The notes under the pieces: generated by a model
The model's input: only the letters and a program-made list of their open reading frames with translations
What the model was told of the DNA's origin: nothing
The model's database searches: none
Source: Octopus bimaculoides
Lineage: Eukaryota
Direction of reading: 5' to 3'
DNA: 58,743 bases
Assembly: GCF_001194135.2 (NCBI RefSeq)
Contig: NC_068987.1
Span: 59,130,318 to 59,189,060 of the forward strand
Translations under genes and position numbers: made by a program
In this document: piece after piece, positions 1 to 14,759 of the stretch
Layout: each line of letters opens with the position of its first letter
Numbering within the stretch: position 1 is the first letter of the stretch

Positions 1-113
<113 letters not shown>

Positions 114-1079
114 AAGAAAGAAAGTGAGAGAGGGAGACAGATAGATATATTGTTTTAGTTTGTTATTTACTCCCCGATAAATCCAGCAATGCTTGGGTAA
201 TCTAGGCCTGAACACTAATACAATGGACAATCCAGAATATGAATAGAACAATACCTTTAGAACACTACCACCCTTATTTAGTTTGGAAAAAATAAAACAA
301 TAAAAAAAACCTGAACTTAACACGCACACACATACATACACACACGCACGCACGCACGCATACACACACATATGCACATACACACATATACACACGCGTG
401 ATAACTTGATTAAATACGAATACTGTGTTGCAATACATGCTTCCAGAAATAGGAGCAGAGGACAACAACTGACTTCCATATAGTCTCTCTTGACCGAATT
501 CATTCACATATCAATAGTTTGTCCGGAGTTATAGTAGAAAACACTTGCCCAAGGTTCCATGTATGAGGACAGAACCGAAACTACGTGGTCGTGAAGCGAG
601 TTTCTTAACACTCAACCATATTCACATCTATAAACTGTTTGAACACTGAGAAAACTATCTTACAAAAGCCAGATATTCTTCATATCACTCAATGTTCAAC
701 AGTTGGATGTGGAAAAGTGTGCGGTTTTCATTATCACTATCCAAAACATGCCTTATATACTAGTGTAAAAGTCAAATTTTTTTGGCCATTTTTGTGAGTT
801 AAATTTACTAGGTCGACTTGCATATGAATACTACTTTTGAGGGGTTGAAATTCACGCTAGAATCCAAACACCGTATCAGTAGCAGAAGCCCAAATAATTA
901 CTAAACAAATAAACAATGAATTGTCGTAATAATACTGATTTTACGCATCAAAACACATATCCTACTTAATAATATCAACCATAAATAAGGTCATGTAATA
1001 CATAAATATTCATACTTGCTCCTTGACTCACATTTGTCGCAATTAATAGACTAGCTAAGTGACATAAATTTACTAGAGG

Positions 1080-2010
1080 CACTCGTTAGTCTTGTGAGAA
1101 TCAGGGATCTGCGCATGGAAAGTCTTGCTTCTGTCTTGTTAGCAGAGTCACATCTGCTATTAATAGAGACCCTCATGTGAGTGACAATCTCAGATGCACT
1201 AACAGCATTTGAAGAACACATTTGAAGATCACTGTCCGCCAGTCTTGATCTGGTGTTTTTTTTTTTTTTGTCAATTTATTTTCCTTCATTTGCAAGACAC
1301 TTCTCTCGACTTCAGCCTTTTTTCTAATTCCAGTCTCTAGTGGGAGCTGTCATCAATAATGTCCTCTCACGTTTAAACTTTCATATAAAGGGACTTCATA
1401 TCTCCCATGGATATATCTTTGAAACATTTAGAAGTCGTCCTTGTGTTCTGTCGGAGACCAGTTCACCATATAGCAAGTCTTTTGGGATCCTCCCATCTCA
1501 CATGCGGTGTACAAGATACATTCAGCAGAGGCATCGCTGTTGCAGTAGGATGACGAGGTTGGGTACCTATGCGCCATCCAGAACCTCATTGTCGGTGACT
1601 CTGTCTGTTCACTTGAAATTCAGAATAAATCTCAAGTTGCGTGGATGGAGGAGATTGAGACATCACTCTTGTCTGGAATAGATGTTCCAGGTCTCACTGC
1701 CATAAAGCAATGTTCTGAGGATACAAAATCCGTGGACTGCAGCCTTTGTGTGCAGTTAACTTATTGTTATCCCAACTCTTGTTTTCACCCTAGATAATTA
1801 TGAGACTGCCCTTCCAATACGTCTATTGATCTCAGATTCTAGAAAGAGGTTGTTCATGATGGTCGAGCCGCGGTATGTGAATTCGTGAACTACCTTGAGC
1901 TAGAAGTTGATAGTAATGGTAGGGGAATGCCCAGTACCTTGATCTTCTTCCATCTTCTTCAGACTAATGATCAAGCCAAAGTCTCTAAACTATTGTATGC
2001 CATTGGCTTA
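1080..2010 (-). mobile_element. Decayed RTE-clade LINE, ORF2 C-terminal region
   Basis: The - strand gives FTYRGST, EINRRIG, LLYGSETWNI (1682-1711) and DGRIPKDLLYGEL (1460-1497), with stops and frameshifts. Confidence 0.85.
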
Positions 2011-2690
2011 CCGTGATAATATGCATATGGTCGATACCTGCTCAACCGTTGGTGTATTTAATAATACCTGCTTGAAGTGTTTTCGCATCACAATTCTACA
2101 ATAACAAAATTGTCAAATGCAGGGAATTGACTTTTACATGAGATCGACATATAGACAAATATATAATGCAAGGTAATCATGTAATTGCTTATATTCTGCC
2201 TCAAGAAACCTTGGCTTGGCTGAACATACTATAAAGTTGAGAAATAAAACTAAAGGTTTGTGACAGTGTGATTCTCAAAATCTGGTATGTTGTGAAGGAC
2301 TGGGAAATAATTCTAATCTCTGAAGGCATCAAATAAAAATGAATGGCGTCATAAAGTAGTTATAATTATTGCTTGACTAATCTTCTAAGACTATGTATTC
2401 TGTTGTTCCAGTCTACTAAAACATTTGAGATTACTTAAGCATACTAATGAATAAATAAATAATGTGGGTGTAAATGTAAAAATAAAGTGGGGAAATCAAC
2501 CTGATAAAGTTTTTTTACAACTTGAAAAGCGAGATAGAATAACTTGAAGAGATGAGTCATTTATTTAGGTCAATCGTTCCCAACTTTTTCTTTGCAATCA
2601 ATAATGTTAACTTCATAGTATATTCGCTTAACCCACAATAAAAAAAAAATTGAAAGAGAGAGAGAGCGAGTGGGGAGAGAGAAAAGAAAC

Positions 2691-2723
<33 letters not shown>

Positions 2724-4464
2724 AAAAGAGGTAAAAAGAAGAAGAAAGAAAAACGAAAAAAGCTTCTGATTTAAAATGAGACATGAATTCATTTCGGTTA
2801 TGTGTGAGAAAAAAAAAAAAAAGCTGATATAAATTTTCTCGATTGTTATATAATGATATAGCAACATATACTTAATACCGTTCACGTTTAGAGCTGTGTG
2901 GTGTATATATATATATATATATCTATATATATNNNNNNNNNNNNNNNNNNNNNNNNNNNNNNNNNNNNNNNNNNNNNNNNNNNNNNNNNNNNNNNNNNNN
3001 NNNNNNNNNNNNNNNNNNNNNNTATATATATATGTATATATAAATCATCAACATCATTGTTTACCTCGACTTTCCATGCTTGTATGGGTCAGACGGAATT
3101 TGCTGAGGCGAATTTTCTACAACCGGATGCCTTTCCTGTCGTCAACTTTCACTTGTTTCCAAGCAAAGTAATATTCCCCATAACCAGACATATTTTCACA
3201 GACGATGGGAACCGAGGGGACACTGCTTACTTGACGATCACGTTCGTTTACAACCATCACATGAAGTTAAGGCAAGGAGATAGTAACACATGCGCACACG
3301 CGAGAGTGCATACACGCACGCGCGCGCACGTATACATACATACATACATACATACATACATACATACAACAGGCTTTCTTCAGTTTGCTTCTAGCAAATC
3401 TACGTAGCACATTGGGCCACACAGTGGGATTAAACTACACACAAACGCATGTGGCTATATATCTATGTTTATCTTTATGAGTATATCGGCATCTAAATCT
3501 ATCTGTCTATCTATCTACACATGCACACACACACATGTATGTATGTATGTATGTATGTATGTATGTATGTATGTATGTATACATATATGTATGTGTATCC
3601 TGCACTGTCTCTAACTCATCCGTCGAATATCTCGACATTACTGTCAGAATACACCACTCCGCTCTTAATACCTCCGTCCACTTGTGTCTCAGAAGACAAN
3701 NNNNNNNNNGACATTACTGTCAGAATACACCACTCCGCTCTTAATACCTCCGTCCACTTGTGTCTCAGAAGACAACTTTCTAGGTATGCATGGGCGACTG
3801 CTGGTCTTCCATAAACGACCTTGCCCGGACTTGTGCCTGGGAGGGTAACTTTCTAGGTGCAATCCCATGGTCAGTCATGACCGAAGGTGGTTTCAGCATA
3901 ATATATATATATACGCACACACACACCTATGGTGATACAAACAGGAAAAATAGAACTCAAAATATGAGTATATGTATACTTTTATTAAAATTTAGCTGAA
4001 GCAACAGAGAAACTCAAGGTCCGTGAGTTTCTTGTGTTGGCACTGAGTGCTAACGCACGAAATCCTCGGACCATGAGTTACTTTGTTGCTTCTACTANNN
4101 NNNNNNNNNNNNNNNNNNNNNNNNNNNNNNNNNNNNNNNNNNNNNNNNNNNNNNNNNNNNNNNNNNNNNNNNNNNNNNNNNNNNNNNNNNNNNNNNNNNN
4201 NNNNNNNNNNNNNNNNNNNNNNNNNNNNNNNNNNNNNNNNNNNNNNNNNNNNNNNNNNNNNNNNNNNNNNNNNNNNNNNNNNNNNNNNNNNNNNNNNNNN
4301 NNNNNNNNNNNNNNNNNNNNNNNNNNNNNNNNNNNNNNNNNNNNNNNNNNNNNNNNNNNNNNNNNNNNNAATGAACTTGAAGTTTATTATTTGTTTACCA
4401 TTAATTTCTTAAAAATAAAACAGACGACGTATGTTGAGGTTATGCCAGTATATATATATATATG

Positions 4465-4659
4465 CGAGGAGGTGCTGAAAAGTTCCTGTCTTTCAGTAGA
4501 AGAAAATAGAGGAGGATTAGTCAATATATGATTTTCTTCAACATATTCCCCTCTCAGTTTCACACACTTATTGCGCAGCGGTCCTTCAGTTTTTTCCAAG
4601 CCACATAAAAGAACTCGGAAGGTTGGGCCTCCAATCAGGCCTTTCGCGACACCCCCTCG
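4465..4659. mobile_element. Mariner-like MITE
   Basis: Imperfect TIRs CGAGGAGGTGCTGAAAAG / CTTTCGCGACACCCCCTCG, with a (TA)n flank on the left and a (GTAT)n flank on the right. Confidence 0.6.
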
Positions 4660-5604
4660 TGTATGTATGTATGTATGTATGTATGTATGTATGTATGTAT
4701 GTATGTATGTATGTATGTGTGTGTGTACGTTTGTATGATTGAATGTACGTTCTTTTCTGTTTTTAATTATTTTAATTCTTCCTTTGAAAAAGGACATGGT
4801 TTTTTAGCAAAGATACAAAGCTCCAACGTTGGAATGTAGAAAACGAAAACAACGTCACATTTTAAGCCTGAGAAAAGTCTTGCATAGTCTTACTGTTCCA
4901 CTTACAAATTGTATTTATAATGCGCAAGTCAAATGGTTGAATTCTTTTTCTGAAATCCAAACTTATCCAAACAGTCAGTTAGGCAGTTATGTATGTATGT
5001 ATGTATGTATGTATGTATGTATGTATGTATGTATGTTTGCATGTATGCATGTCTCTATGTATGTATGTATGCTTGTCTAACAATCTGTCTGTCTATCTAT
5101 CTATCTATCTATCTATCTACTTCTCTATTTGTTTTGCGACTATTTAAATATCGACCTGTCTCTGTCAACTCATCTACCTATACGTTTAAACTTTAAAACC
5201 TAAACCAACAACATGACACCTATTGTCTGTCATGTCATTTTAATCTTTACCTCTTCTTATATTGCTATTAAATCACAAACAGCTCAGCGACTCAACACCC
5301 GCAATATAAACATGTCGCTTGAGACACCGACATATAATATCCACCGTTTACTAGTAAAACACATATACAACAGATTAGTTTCAGATATCTTTCAGTTGTT
5401 GGGTACTGTAAATATTCGGAGTAATGCCTCGCCTGATGTCCTGGACGCTTTTCAGTAGGGGTCTACGACCACGCGCCGCGGACCAGTATCGGGCCGTAGA
5501 TCATTTGGTACCGGATCTCACATAAAGATAAATTTTCAAATTTTATTTCCATTTCATTGACTGTCACAGTCTACAGTATTACATATGTATTTTATATGTA
5601 ATAA

Positions 5605-5820
5605 TTCTTTTCTACTCTAGGCACAAGGCCCGAAATTTTGGGGGAGGGGGACAGTCGATTAGATCGACCCCAGTGCGCAACTGGTACTTAATTTATCGAC
5701 CCCGAAAGGATGAAAGGCAAAGTCGACCTCGGCGGAATTTGAACCCTGAACGTAAAGACAGACGAAATACCGATAAGCATTTCATCCGGTGTGCTAACGT
5801 TTCTGCCAGCTCGCCGCCTT
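5605..5820 (-). mobile_element. About 210-bp tRNA-headed SINE, CpG-intact copy (others about 6825-7031, 19403-19610, 44065-44250 on -; 25124-25722, 35950-36757, 55935-56420, 58225-58425 on +)
   Basis: Head GGCGGCGAGCTGGCAGAA..GTTCAAATTCC; core TTTGCCTTTCATCCTTTCGGGGTCGATAAATTAAGTACCAG; tail GCCTTGTGCCTAGAGTAGAAAAG. Confidence 0.85.
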
Positions 5821-7836
5821 TTTTATATGTAATAATTAAATTCAACATTAGGGTGGCGAGCAGGCAGAATCGTCATTTTATGTACAAATTATCTGACAAT
5901 ATCATTGACTGACCGCTAAATTACAGGCAAGTAAATATACCAACATCGGTTATCAAGTGACTGGTGACACACACACACACGCACACAAACGCGCGCACAC
6001 ACACACACATACACACAAGCACGCACACATACATACAAGCACGCACACATATACGACAGGCTTCTTTCAGTTTCTGTCTACCAAATCCACTCACGAGGCT
6101 ATAGTAGAAGACACTTGCCCAAAGTGCCACACAGTGGGACTGAACCCGGAACTATGCGGTTGGGAAGCAAGCTTCTTTATCACACAGTCACGCCTGCGCC
6201 TATAAATGTTGATGATTTATGTGCAATTAATTTTTTAATAGTGTTTTGTGGTGTATTTAATATTGTTGAATCTTCGAGAAGGAGCGTTGAAATAGTATTA
6301 ATAAATGAGAAGGGGCGTTGAAATANNNNNNNNNNNNNNNNNNNNNNNNNNNNNNNNNNNNNNNNNNNNNNNNNNNNNNNNNNNNNNNNNNNNNNNNNNN
6401 NNNNNNNNNNNNNNNNNNNNNNNNNNNNNNNNNNNNNNNNNNNNNNNNNNNNNNNNNNNNNNNNNNNNNNNNNNNNNNNNNNNNNNNNNNNNNNNNNNNN
6501 NNNNNNNNNNNNNNNNNNNNNNNNNNNNNNNNNNNNNNNNNNNNNNNNNNNNNNNNNNNNNNNNNNNNNNNNNNNNNNNNNNNNNNNNNNNNNNNNNNNN
6601 NNNNNNNNNNNNNNNNNNNNNNNNNNNNNNNNNNNNNNNNNNNNNNNNNNNNNNNNNNNNNNNNNNNNNNNNNNNNNNNNNNNNNNNNNNNNNNNNNNNN
6701 NNNNNNNNNNNNNNNNNNCCGGGCCAGGAATCGAAACCACAATCTTATGATCATGATGCTGACACCCTAACCACTAAGCCACGCGCCTCCACAAATAAAG
6801 TTGTGGATAATAATAATTCATTCTTCTACAGGCACAAGAACAGCAGATTAGAGGAAGGAGCTAAGTCGATTAAATCGATTACAGTACTCAAGTGATACTC
6901 ATTTTATAGACATTGAAAAGATAAAGGGCAAAGTCGACAACGGCAGCATTTGAACTCAGAACATAAAGACGGATGAAATGTCGTTAAGCATTTTACCCGG
7001 TGTACTAACGATTCTGCCAGCTCACCGCCTTATTAAAAGCATTGAAAGAAAGTCGAGAACAAGACAGTCACACCGAACATGTATCAATGTCACTAATCTT
7101 GGTTTCAATGCCTCTCCCACTGACTAAAAACCATAAAGATTTGAGTACGACTCATTCTCAGAAAAAAAAAAACTCATGGGAAAATTTAAAATCAGCACAA
7201 CAGGCTTTTTAAATAGACGTCAATCATATACTATGATATCACTGCAGACAATGTGTTGAACACTAGATCTATTTATTGCACCTATTTACAGTAAAGTTGA
7301 CTAATCTGGACTATTGTTGAGAATAAAACTAGCCCAACGTTGCTTAAAAGATTTAAAAACTTGTTTCATCACTCAAGAAAAACCAACACTCTGCCTGACA
7401 CTTCATGACTGATTCCTAGCAGATTTTTTGCTTTTTGTTGAAATACAATGCCTTTTCTCTCGATTAGATTAACATGAAATAGTAACCACTCTTTATCGCT
7501 ACGTTGAAAAAGGTCAACTTCACTTTTATCCTTTCAAGGTCGAGAAAATAAAGTACCAGTCAAGTACTGGATCGATGTAATCGACTTGCCTACTCTCTAC
7601 TAAATTGCTGGCCTTGCATTGAAATTAGAAAAACTTAGAAATAATTGTTGTTATATAGAATTGACCTACTGTTAAGATATATCGCTTATACGGTATGTCG
7701 TATATTGTTGTTAGGTGTTTGTTCAAATCAGCTTTGTCTTTCATCCTTTCCAGATGTGTCTGTCTGTGTCTCTCCCTTTCACACAGTCGCTCTCATGTAC
7801 ACACTAACACACACACGCTCTGTCTCTGTCTCTCTC

Positions 7837-7882
<46 letters not shown>

Positions 7883-7890
7883 TCTGTCTC

Positions 7891-7930
<40 letters not shown>

Positions 7931-10203
7931 NNNNNNNNNNNNNNNNNNNNNNNNNNNNNNNNNNNNNNNNNNNNNNNNNNNNNNNNNNNNNNNNNNNNNN
8001 NNNNNNNNNNNNNNNNNNNNNNNNNNNNNNNNNNNNNNNNNNNNNNNNNNNNNNNNNNNNNNNNNNNNNNNNNNNNNNNNNNNNNNNNNNNNNNNNNNNN
8101 NNNNNNNNNNNNNNNNNNNNNNNNNNNNNNNNNNNNNNNNNNNNNNNNNNNNNNNNNNNNNNNNNNNNNNNNNNNNNNNNNNNNNNNNNNNNNNNNNNNN
8201 NNNNNNNNNNNNNNNNNNNNNNNNNNNNNNNNNNNNNNNNNNNNNNNNNNNNNNNNNNNNNNNNNNNNNNNNNNNNNNNNNNNNNNNNNNNNNNNNNNNN
8301 NNNNNNNNNNNNNNNNNNNNNNNNNNNNNNNNNNNNNNNNNNNNNNNNNNNNNNNNNNNNNNNNNNNNNNNNNNNNNNNNNNNNNNNNNNNNNNNNNNNN
8401 NNNNNNNNNNNNNNNNNNNNNNNNNNTTATCACCGCCGCGAATTGTTTGTTTACGTAGTCAGCACTTAATTTTTACGGCTGAATGGACGTCAGTCATTGG
8501 TTGAAATTACAGAAATACGACAACTTTTACATGAAATAACTTGCGATGTACGTTTTTTTGTTAAGAAGATTAAGAGAAAAAGATGTTTTATATGACACAT
8601 TCTACCAGTGTCTCAAGTTTCAAAATGTTTCGTTAAGAAAATACTGGTGCCCCCGTTTTGAACAAGATCCTCGACTTACCCCTTGCTTGAGGCCTTGTAC
8701 CTCAACTACAAAGCATAAATTGTTGTTTAACTTTAGATCAGTCTAAATAAAGAAAGCTTATTATTAGGGCTGGATTTAAACTTGATGAGGCCCTTAGTTA
8801 TATAAAACTTGGAGAAGACTTGCCACAAGTGTAGCCAGAAGGCTGATGCAGGGATAAAGAAGTGAAGGGCTGAAAGGATGATCCTTACAGAATGACATTT
8901 TGACGTGTATTATGCTTTGTTTTCCATGGGGGACAAGCAAACTCAAGGGTTGTATCAGGCAACACGAGCACCATCTACACCACTGTTCCACTGGTCTCAT
9001 AGTAATGGTCTTGTATAAATGCCTTTTAATTATGTTGAATCCCCTGCAGATTCTGAGGTCCAAAGTTGTACGTTGTTTTATCTTAAACAACGATGACTCA
9101 GTATTTCATTTTCGAGCGATGAATTATTCTATATCCTTACTTTAAAAGAAAGAAAAATTATACAATTTTGAGTTCTTTCGTTTAAGGTGATAGAGTAAGA
9201 TTTCTGGGAGAGTAAAGCTAATATAGAGAATTCTTTTTTGTCTCGCATAATATAAAAATTTTGCATGGATGAAGAGAAAGGTGAGTTTTTATACAATTTT
9301 GGGTCAAAAACCATCCTACACCATTAAACCAGGATGAATTTTATTGGAGCAATTTAATATTGTTATCACGTCTCTCTTTTCCTCTTTCCGCCACTTCTCT
9401 CTTTCTCCCCCTCTCTCTGTGCATGTAAAGTACTTGTATAAGTTCGTGTATCTCTGTGATCATTTTTGTAAGTACACGGATTGTAATACACGTGTGTTTT
9501 GTCTATGTATATGAGTACATGCATAAATGTGTGCTTGTGTGTATGTATGTGTATGTATGTGTATGTGCACACATATCTATAACACTTTATGTATTCTCAC
9601 ACCTCTCTCCCTTGCATACAAAGGCGTCCATATATATATATATATATATATATANNNNNNNNNNNNNNNNNNNNNNNNNNNNNNNNNNNNNNNNNNNNNN
9701 NNNNNNNNNNNNNNNNNNNNNNNNNNNNNNNNNNNNNNNNNNNNNNNNNNNNNNNNNNNNNNNNNNNNNNNNNNNNNNNNNNNNNNNNNNNNNNNNNNNN
9801 NNNNNNNNNNNNNNNNNNNNNNNNNNNNNNNNNNNNNNNNNNNNNNNNNNNNNNNNNNNNNNNNNNNNNNNNNNNNNNNNNNNNNNNNNNNNNNNNNNNN
9901 NNNNNNNNNNNNNNNNNNNNNNNNNNNNNNNNNNNNNNNNNNNNNNNNNNNNNNNNNNNNNNNNNNNNNNNNNNNNNNNNNNNNNNNNNNNNNNNNNNNN
10001 NNNNNNNNNNNNNNNNNNNNNNNNNNNNNNNNNNNNNNNNNNNNNNNNNNNNNNNNNNNNNNNNNNNNNNNNNNNNNNNNNNNNNNNNNNNNNNNNNNNN
10101 NNNNNNNNNNNNNNNNNNNNNNNNNNNNNNNNNNNNNNNNNNNNNNNNNNNNNNNNNNNNNNNNNNNNNNNNNNNNNNNNNNNNGAGTAGTTTTATGTAG
10201 GTC

Positions 10204-10222
10204 ATGTCTAACAAACCTATAG

Positions 10223-10256
<34 letters not shown>

Positions 10257-10430
10257 TCTCTTTCTCACACTCACACACATACACACACATTCTCTTTCTC
10301 ACACTCACACACACACACACATTCTCTTTCTCACACTCACACAAACACATGCATTCGCTCGAATGTACACATATACACAAACACCCATATAAATATACAC
10401 ACGTATCACCTTTCTCTGTCTATGTCTGTA

Positions 10431-10464
<34 letters not shown>

Positions 10465-10658
10465 ACACACACACATACACACATTCACTCTCACGCACAC
10501 CTATACGTAAATACTCGCACCTATATAAACACACACATACATACACCACGCTCTTTCTTTGTCTTTGTCTATCTGTCTGTCTCCCTTTCACACATTCACT
10601 CTTACGCTCACACAGACACTCTCTTACACACACGCACATACATCACGCTCTTACTCTG

Positions 10659-10703
<45 letters not shown>

Positions 10704-10960
10704 TTCATGCAGTTGCTCCCACGCACACACCAACACACACTCTTTCTCTCACACACACACACACACACACATATTCACTCCCCCACCCCACATACACATT
10801 CGCTCCCGTGCACACTCACAAACATTTACACACACACACACACATACGCACACACACTGTCTCTCTCTCTCTCTCCCTCCGTCTTTCACTCTCTCCCACC
10901 ATCACTCCACCTCTCTCTCTCTCTCTCTCCCTCTGTCTTTCTCAGTTATGTGTACATAGC
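10204..10960. repeat. Compound CA/CT low-complexity tract; many other microsatellites (AT, AG, CA, TATG, ATT, CAT) throughout, most N gaps abutting them
   Basis: Read directly from the sequence. Confidence 0.95.
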
Positions 10961-13425
10961 TACATAACCACAGACATATAAAGGCTGTATACGGTACATA
11001 CAAAGCATTCACACAGGTGTATATACATTTACATAGGTGTATTTGCATGCGTGTGTGGGTGTATGGGTGTGTATGTGTGTGTGTAAGTGTATGTGTGTGA
11101 CTTTATGGAAACAAAAGATCTTGTTAATACCCTTCTCAGAGCTTTCACTTACAAAAAAAAAAAAAAAAAAAATGGCGGCAATCGGGAATCCAAACTGATT
11201 TGACGGCAAAATGGCAGATGCATTAAAGCGTCGTTACGACATAACTTGGTCTTCACTTTCCCCCGACTCCTTGCTTTCTGGGTTCAAATTCCGTTAGGGT
11301 CGATAAATAAAGTACTAGTCTTGCACATTAGTGTGGTGAAATCGTTAGAATTGTCGAACGAGTTGCCTTGCGGTGTTCATATCCAGCCGTGGCCTATATT
11401 TAAGGCCATTTATAACCATTAAGCAAAATAGCATGTTCTTAGGGCATCAAAGGAAGTGGGGACACCACAAAAATGGTAAATGGTTTACGGCACACAAAGA
11501 AACAAAAAACACTTTAAACTTGCTAAAATAATATTCGAAGTTGTTTATATGATCGGAAATATAATTTCCAAATGTTCATGGTGTCAGTGAGGATCTGATC
11601 AAAGACTTTGCAATTGCAAAAAGGAGAAAACTTTTCAAATATTAATAAAGTGAAACTATACAAAAATAAATCTTATTTTCCATCTAACTGTTAGTTTTGT
11701 ATCATTTCGAAAAATATATATTTTATTTTTTTTTCAAGGCGATGCCCCAGCATGGTTGCAGTCAAATGACTGAAACAAGTAAAAGATAAATGATAAAAGA
11801 TTTATAAAAGAAAAATCCCAAACACACACACATATACACCGTAACGCATTGTACTATGTCAGAATCATAAAACTAAAAATAAAATGCCCCAGTCATTTTG
11901 CTGGTGTCTTTGTCATCGTTAACGTTATTGCTGCTACTGTTGCTGTTATCGCTGCTGTTGTTATTAACGTTCTTGTTGTTGCTCTTTTTCTTCTTTATCG
12001 CCAAGCTGGTGGGTGGAGGTCAGTGTTCGTGGCCTTTTCTAGGATATCCGAGTGAGGAGGAGGAGGAGGTATCTTCGAATCGGCGATCCGAATGCTTGCA
12101 ACAAAGTGAGCTCTTGTAAAGGCATCCAAGTACCAGGTGGGGGTTTTAAACCGGGCGATAGACTAACTCTATCCTCCAATATGATCAAGGCCGGATTAAG
12201 ATCCATAGAGGTCCCAAGCACTTGAAAGCTTTCGGTACCCCTATATATACGTAATTCAAAATATAAACAATAATAAAAAAATAAAATATATATTTTTCGA
12301 AATGATACAAAGCTAACAGTTAGATGGAAAATAAGATTTATTTTTGTATATTTTCACTTTAGTATTTTTTTTTTGTATAAGGTTGTTTGTTATTGGTAGA
12401 ACAGTTTCGGATCAGTGTGAACGAACAGACCTACGACCTACAACCGTGGCAAGCTCATCTTTTTTCACATTCAGTGTATCTTGGTTCACTTTATCCACTA
12501 TGCGCTCTAGGGGATGATTTGAAGGAGATTTGACTGCTATTTTGGCTATTTCTAGCACGGCGAGCGACTGCATAGAGGATCCATCGTTAATTATTTGTTG
12601 CTTAGCCCTTGGTTGGTCCTGATCAAGAAGACGTATGATCAAAGATATTCTAATTGTTCCTTTCTTATAACCCGCTCGTGTATCCGGCACCATAATATAT
12701 TCTTCTGAGATATCCCAGATATGATTCGGGGAATTTTGACTGATATTTCTAGTAGATCACGTAGAGACCCCCCAACCACCATTGGCTTGTTTGAATGAAG
12801 TAGAAAGTGTTAGTGAAATGCAGTGGGTTCAACTGAGACCTGAAATCGCGATAGTTTTTCTCACTAACAGAAAATTTTATCTTAGTTTACGCCATCTTTC
12901 TTCTACCATAAATCTGGGTCAACTTAAATCCAGATTTATGGTAGAAGACACTAGCCAACGGTGAGATTGATCCCAAAGTCACGTCGTTGCAAAACAGGTT
13001 AATATGAGACAGAAAGGCATCGTTCATGACCCTTTTTTATGTCTTTCAAGACTACTAAGAGGAAAGGATAAAGTTCTCCTTAGATTAGAGGCCTGGCCTG
13101 GATGCTTGCAGCAGGGTGGTCCACTAATGGTACCCAAGGACAAGGCAGTGGTGTTAAACAAGACGGAAAGCAAAGTCTACCACCCGAGTACATGAACAGT
13201 TTTTGTCTGTCTAATTTCACTTGCATAATTTTGATTAAGGGGTATTCAGCTGGTACATTTGTAAGGGACCACAGGATGTGGTGGGGTGCTCAGTAAAGGC
13301 CCATGACCAACTTCTAAGCCTTGCCCTACTTCTAAAAAAGAAACTCAATTCATCACTTGAATTATGCGATGGCTCTTCATTTCGGGGCCCAAACATGGTT
13401 TTATTCTGCTTTGCTAAATTTTTTC

Positions 13426-13493
13426 TGGCTAGTGTCTTCTACCATAAATCTGGGTCAACTTAAACCCAGATTTATGGTAGAAGACACTAGCCA
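13426..13493. repeat. Perfect 29-bp inverted repeat with a 10-nt loop; partial second copy at 12899-12948
   Basis: TGGCTAGTGTCTTCTACCATAAATCTGGG - TCAACTTAAA - CCCAGATTTATGGTAGAAGACACTAGCCA. Confidence 0.95.
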
Positions 13494-13713
13494 ACGGTGA
13501 GATTGATCCCAAAGTCACGTCGTTGCAAAACAAACATTTTAACCACACAGCTATTTCTACTCACCAGCCAGGTTAATATGATCCCCAGCTACTACTTCAA
13601 CGATTTACAACAATCCCTGAGTCAAAGAGAACATACAAGTGATCACTCGACTCGTCCGATCTGGTAGAAATAATAGCAATAACATATAAACTCTCTCTCT
13701 CTTTCTCACTCTC

Positions 13714-13763
<50 letters not shown>

Positions 13764-14759
13764 CAACAACTTATCGTCTTAAAGGAATGACACATTCGAT
13801 ACTATATTCCTTGATATGTTATATCTTAGAAAACAAAAAAATAAAGACAGGATGGTCGCAACCAGATTTCATTTTGATCTTTTGGTCATAAATCAATCTG
13901 ATCAGAGTAAACCTTGCACTAAACAACAATGACAGCTTTTACAACTTCTTATCCTCTTATTTAATTCTGGAAGTAACAAATTGAATGTAACTGTTCAAGG
14001 TTAGATTAAATAAAGATTAGGCGTGGCCGTGTGGTAAGAACCTTGCTTCCCAACCACATGGTTCTGTGTTCAGTCCCACTGCGTGACATTTTGGGCAAGT
14101 GTGTTCTATTATAGCCTCGGGCCGAGTGGATTTGGTAGACGGAAACTGAAAGAAACCCGTTGTGTATATGCATGTGTGTGTGTATGAGCGTGCGTGCGTC
14201 GGTATTTGTCCCCCCCCCACTCCATCACTACTTGACGACCGGTGTTGGTATGCTTACGTCTACGTAATTTAACGGTTCGGCAAAAGAGACTGATAGAATA
14301 AGTACTGGGCTTAAAAAGAAGTTTTGGGGTCGATTTGTTCGACTAAAACCTTTCAAGGCGGTGCTCCAACATGGCCGCAGTCAAATGACTGGAACAAGTA
14401 ATATATATAACACACGCGGAGACAGTAACACTACCGNNNNNNNNNNNNNNNNNNNNNNNNNNNNNNNNNNNNNNNNNNNNNNNNNNNNNNNNNNNNNNNN
14501 NNNNNNNNNNNNNNNNNNNNNNNNNNNNNNNNNNNNNNNNNNNNNNNNNNNNNNNNNNNNNNNNNNNNNNNNNNNNNNNNNNNNNNNNNNNNNNNNNNNN
14601 NNNNNNNNNNNNNNNNNNNNNNNNNNNNNNNNNNNNNNNNNNNNNNNNNNNNNNNNNNNNNNACAACATCGACAACTTCAGTTCTATATTTAAGAGATGA
14701 GGAATTATGTACATTATTTACATTATTTACAATTGACGGATATTTGTCCTCATCTTGTT

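Noticed and set aside
3634-3775. 66-bp direct repeat on either side of a 10-N gap
   Set aside because: Identical sequence flanking a minimal gap is typical of an unmerged contig overlap.
11165-11225. Twin YY1-like AAAATGGCG(G)/CAAAATGGCA motifs as a promoter or start codon
   Set aside because: The A run is a homopolymer tract, the frames close quickly, it runs into a SINE remnant, and there is no donor site or homology.
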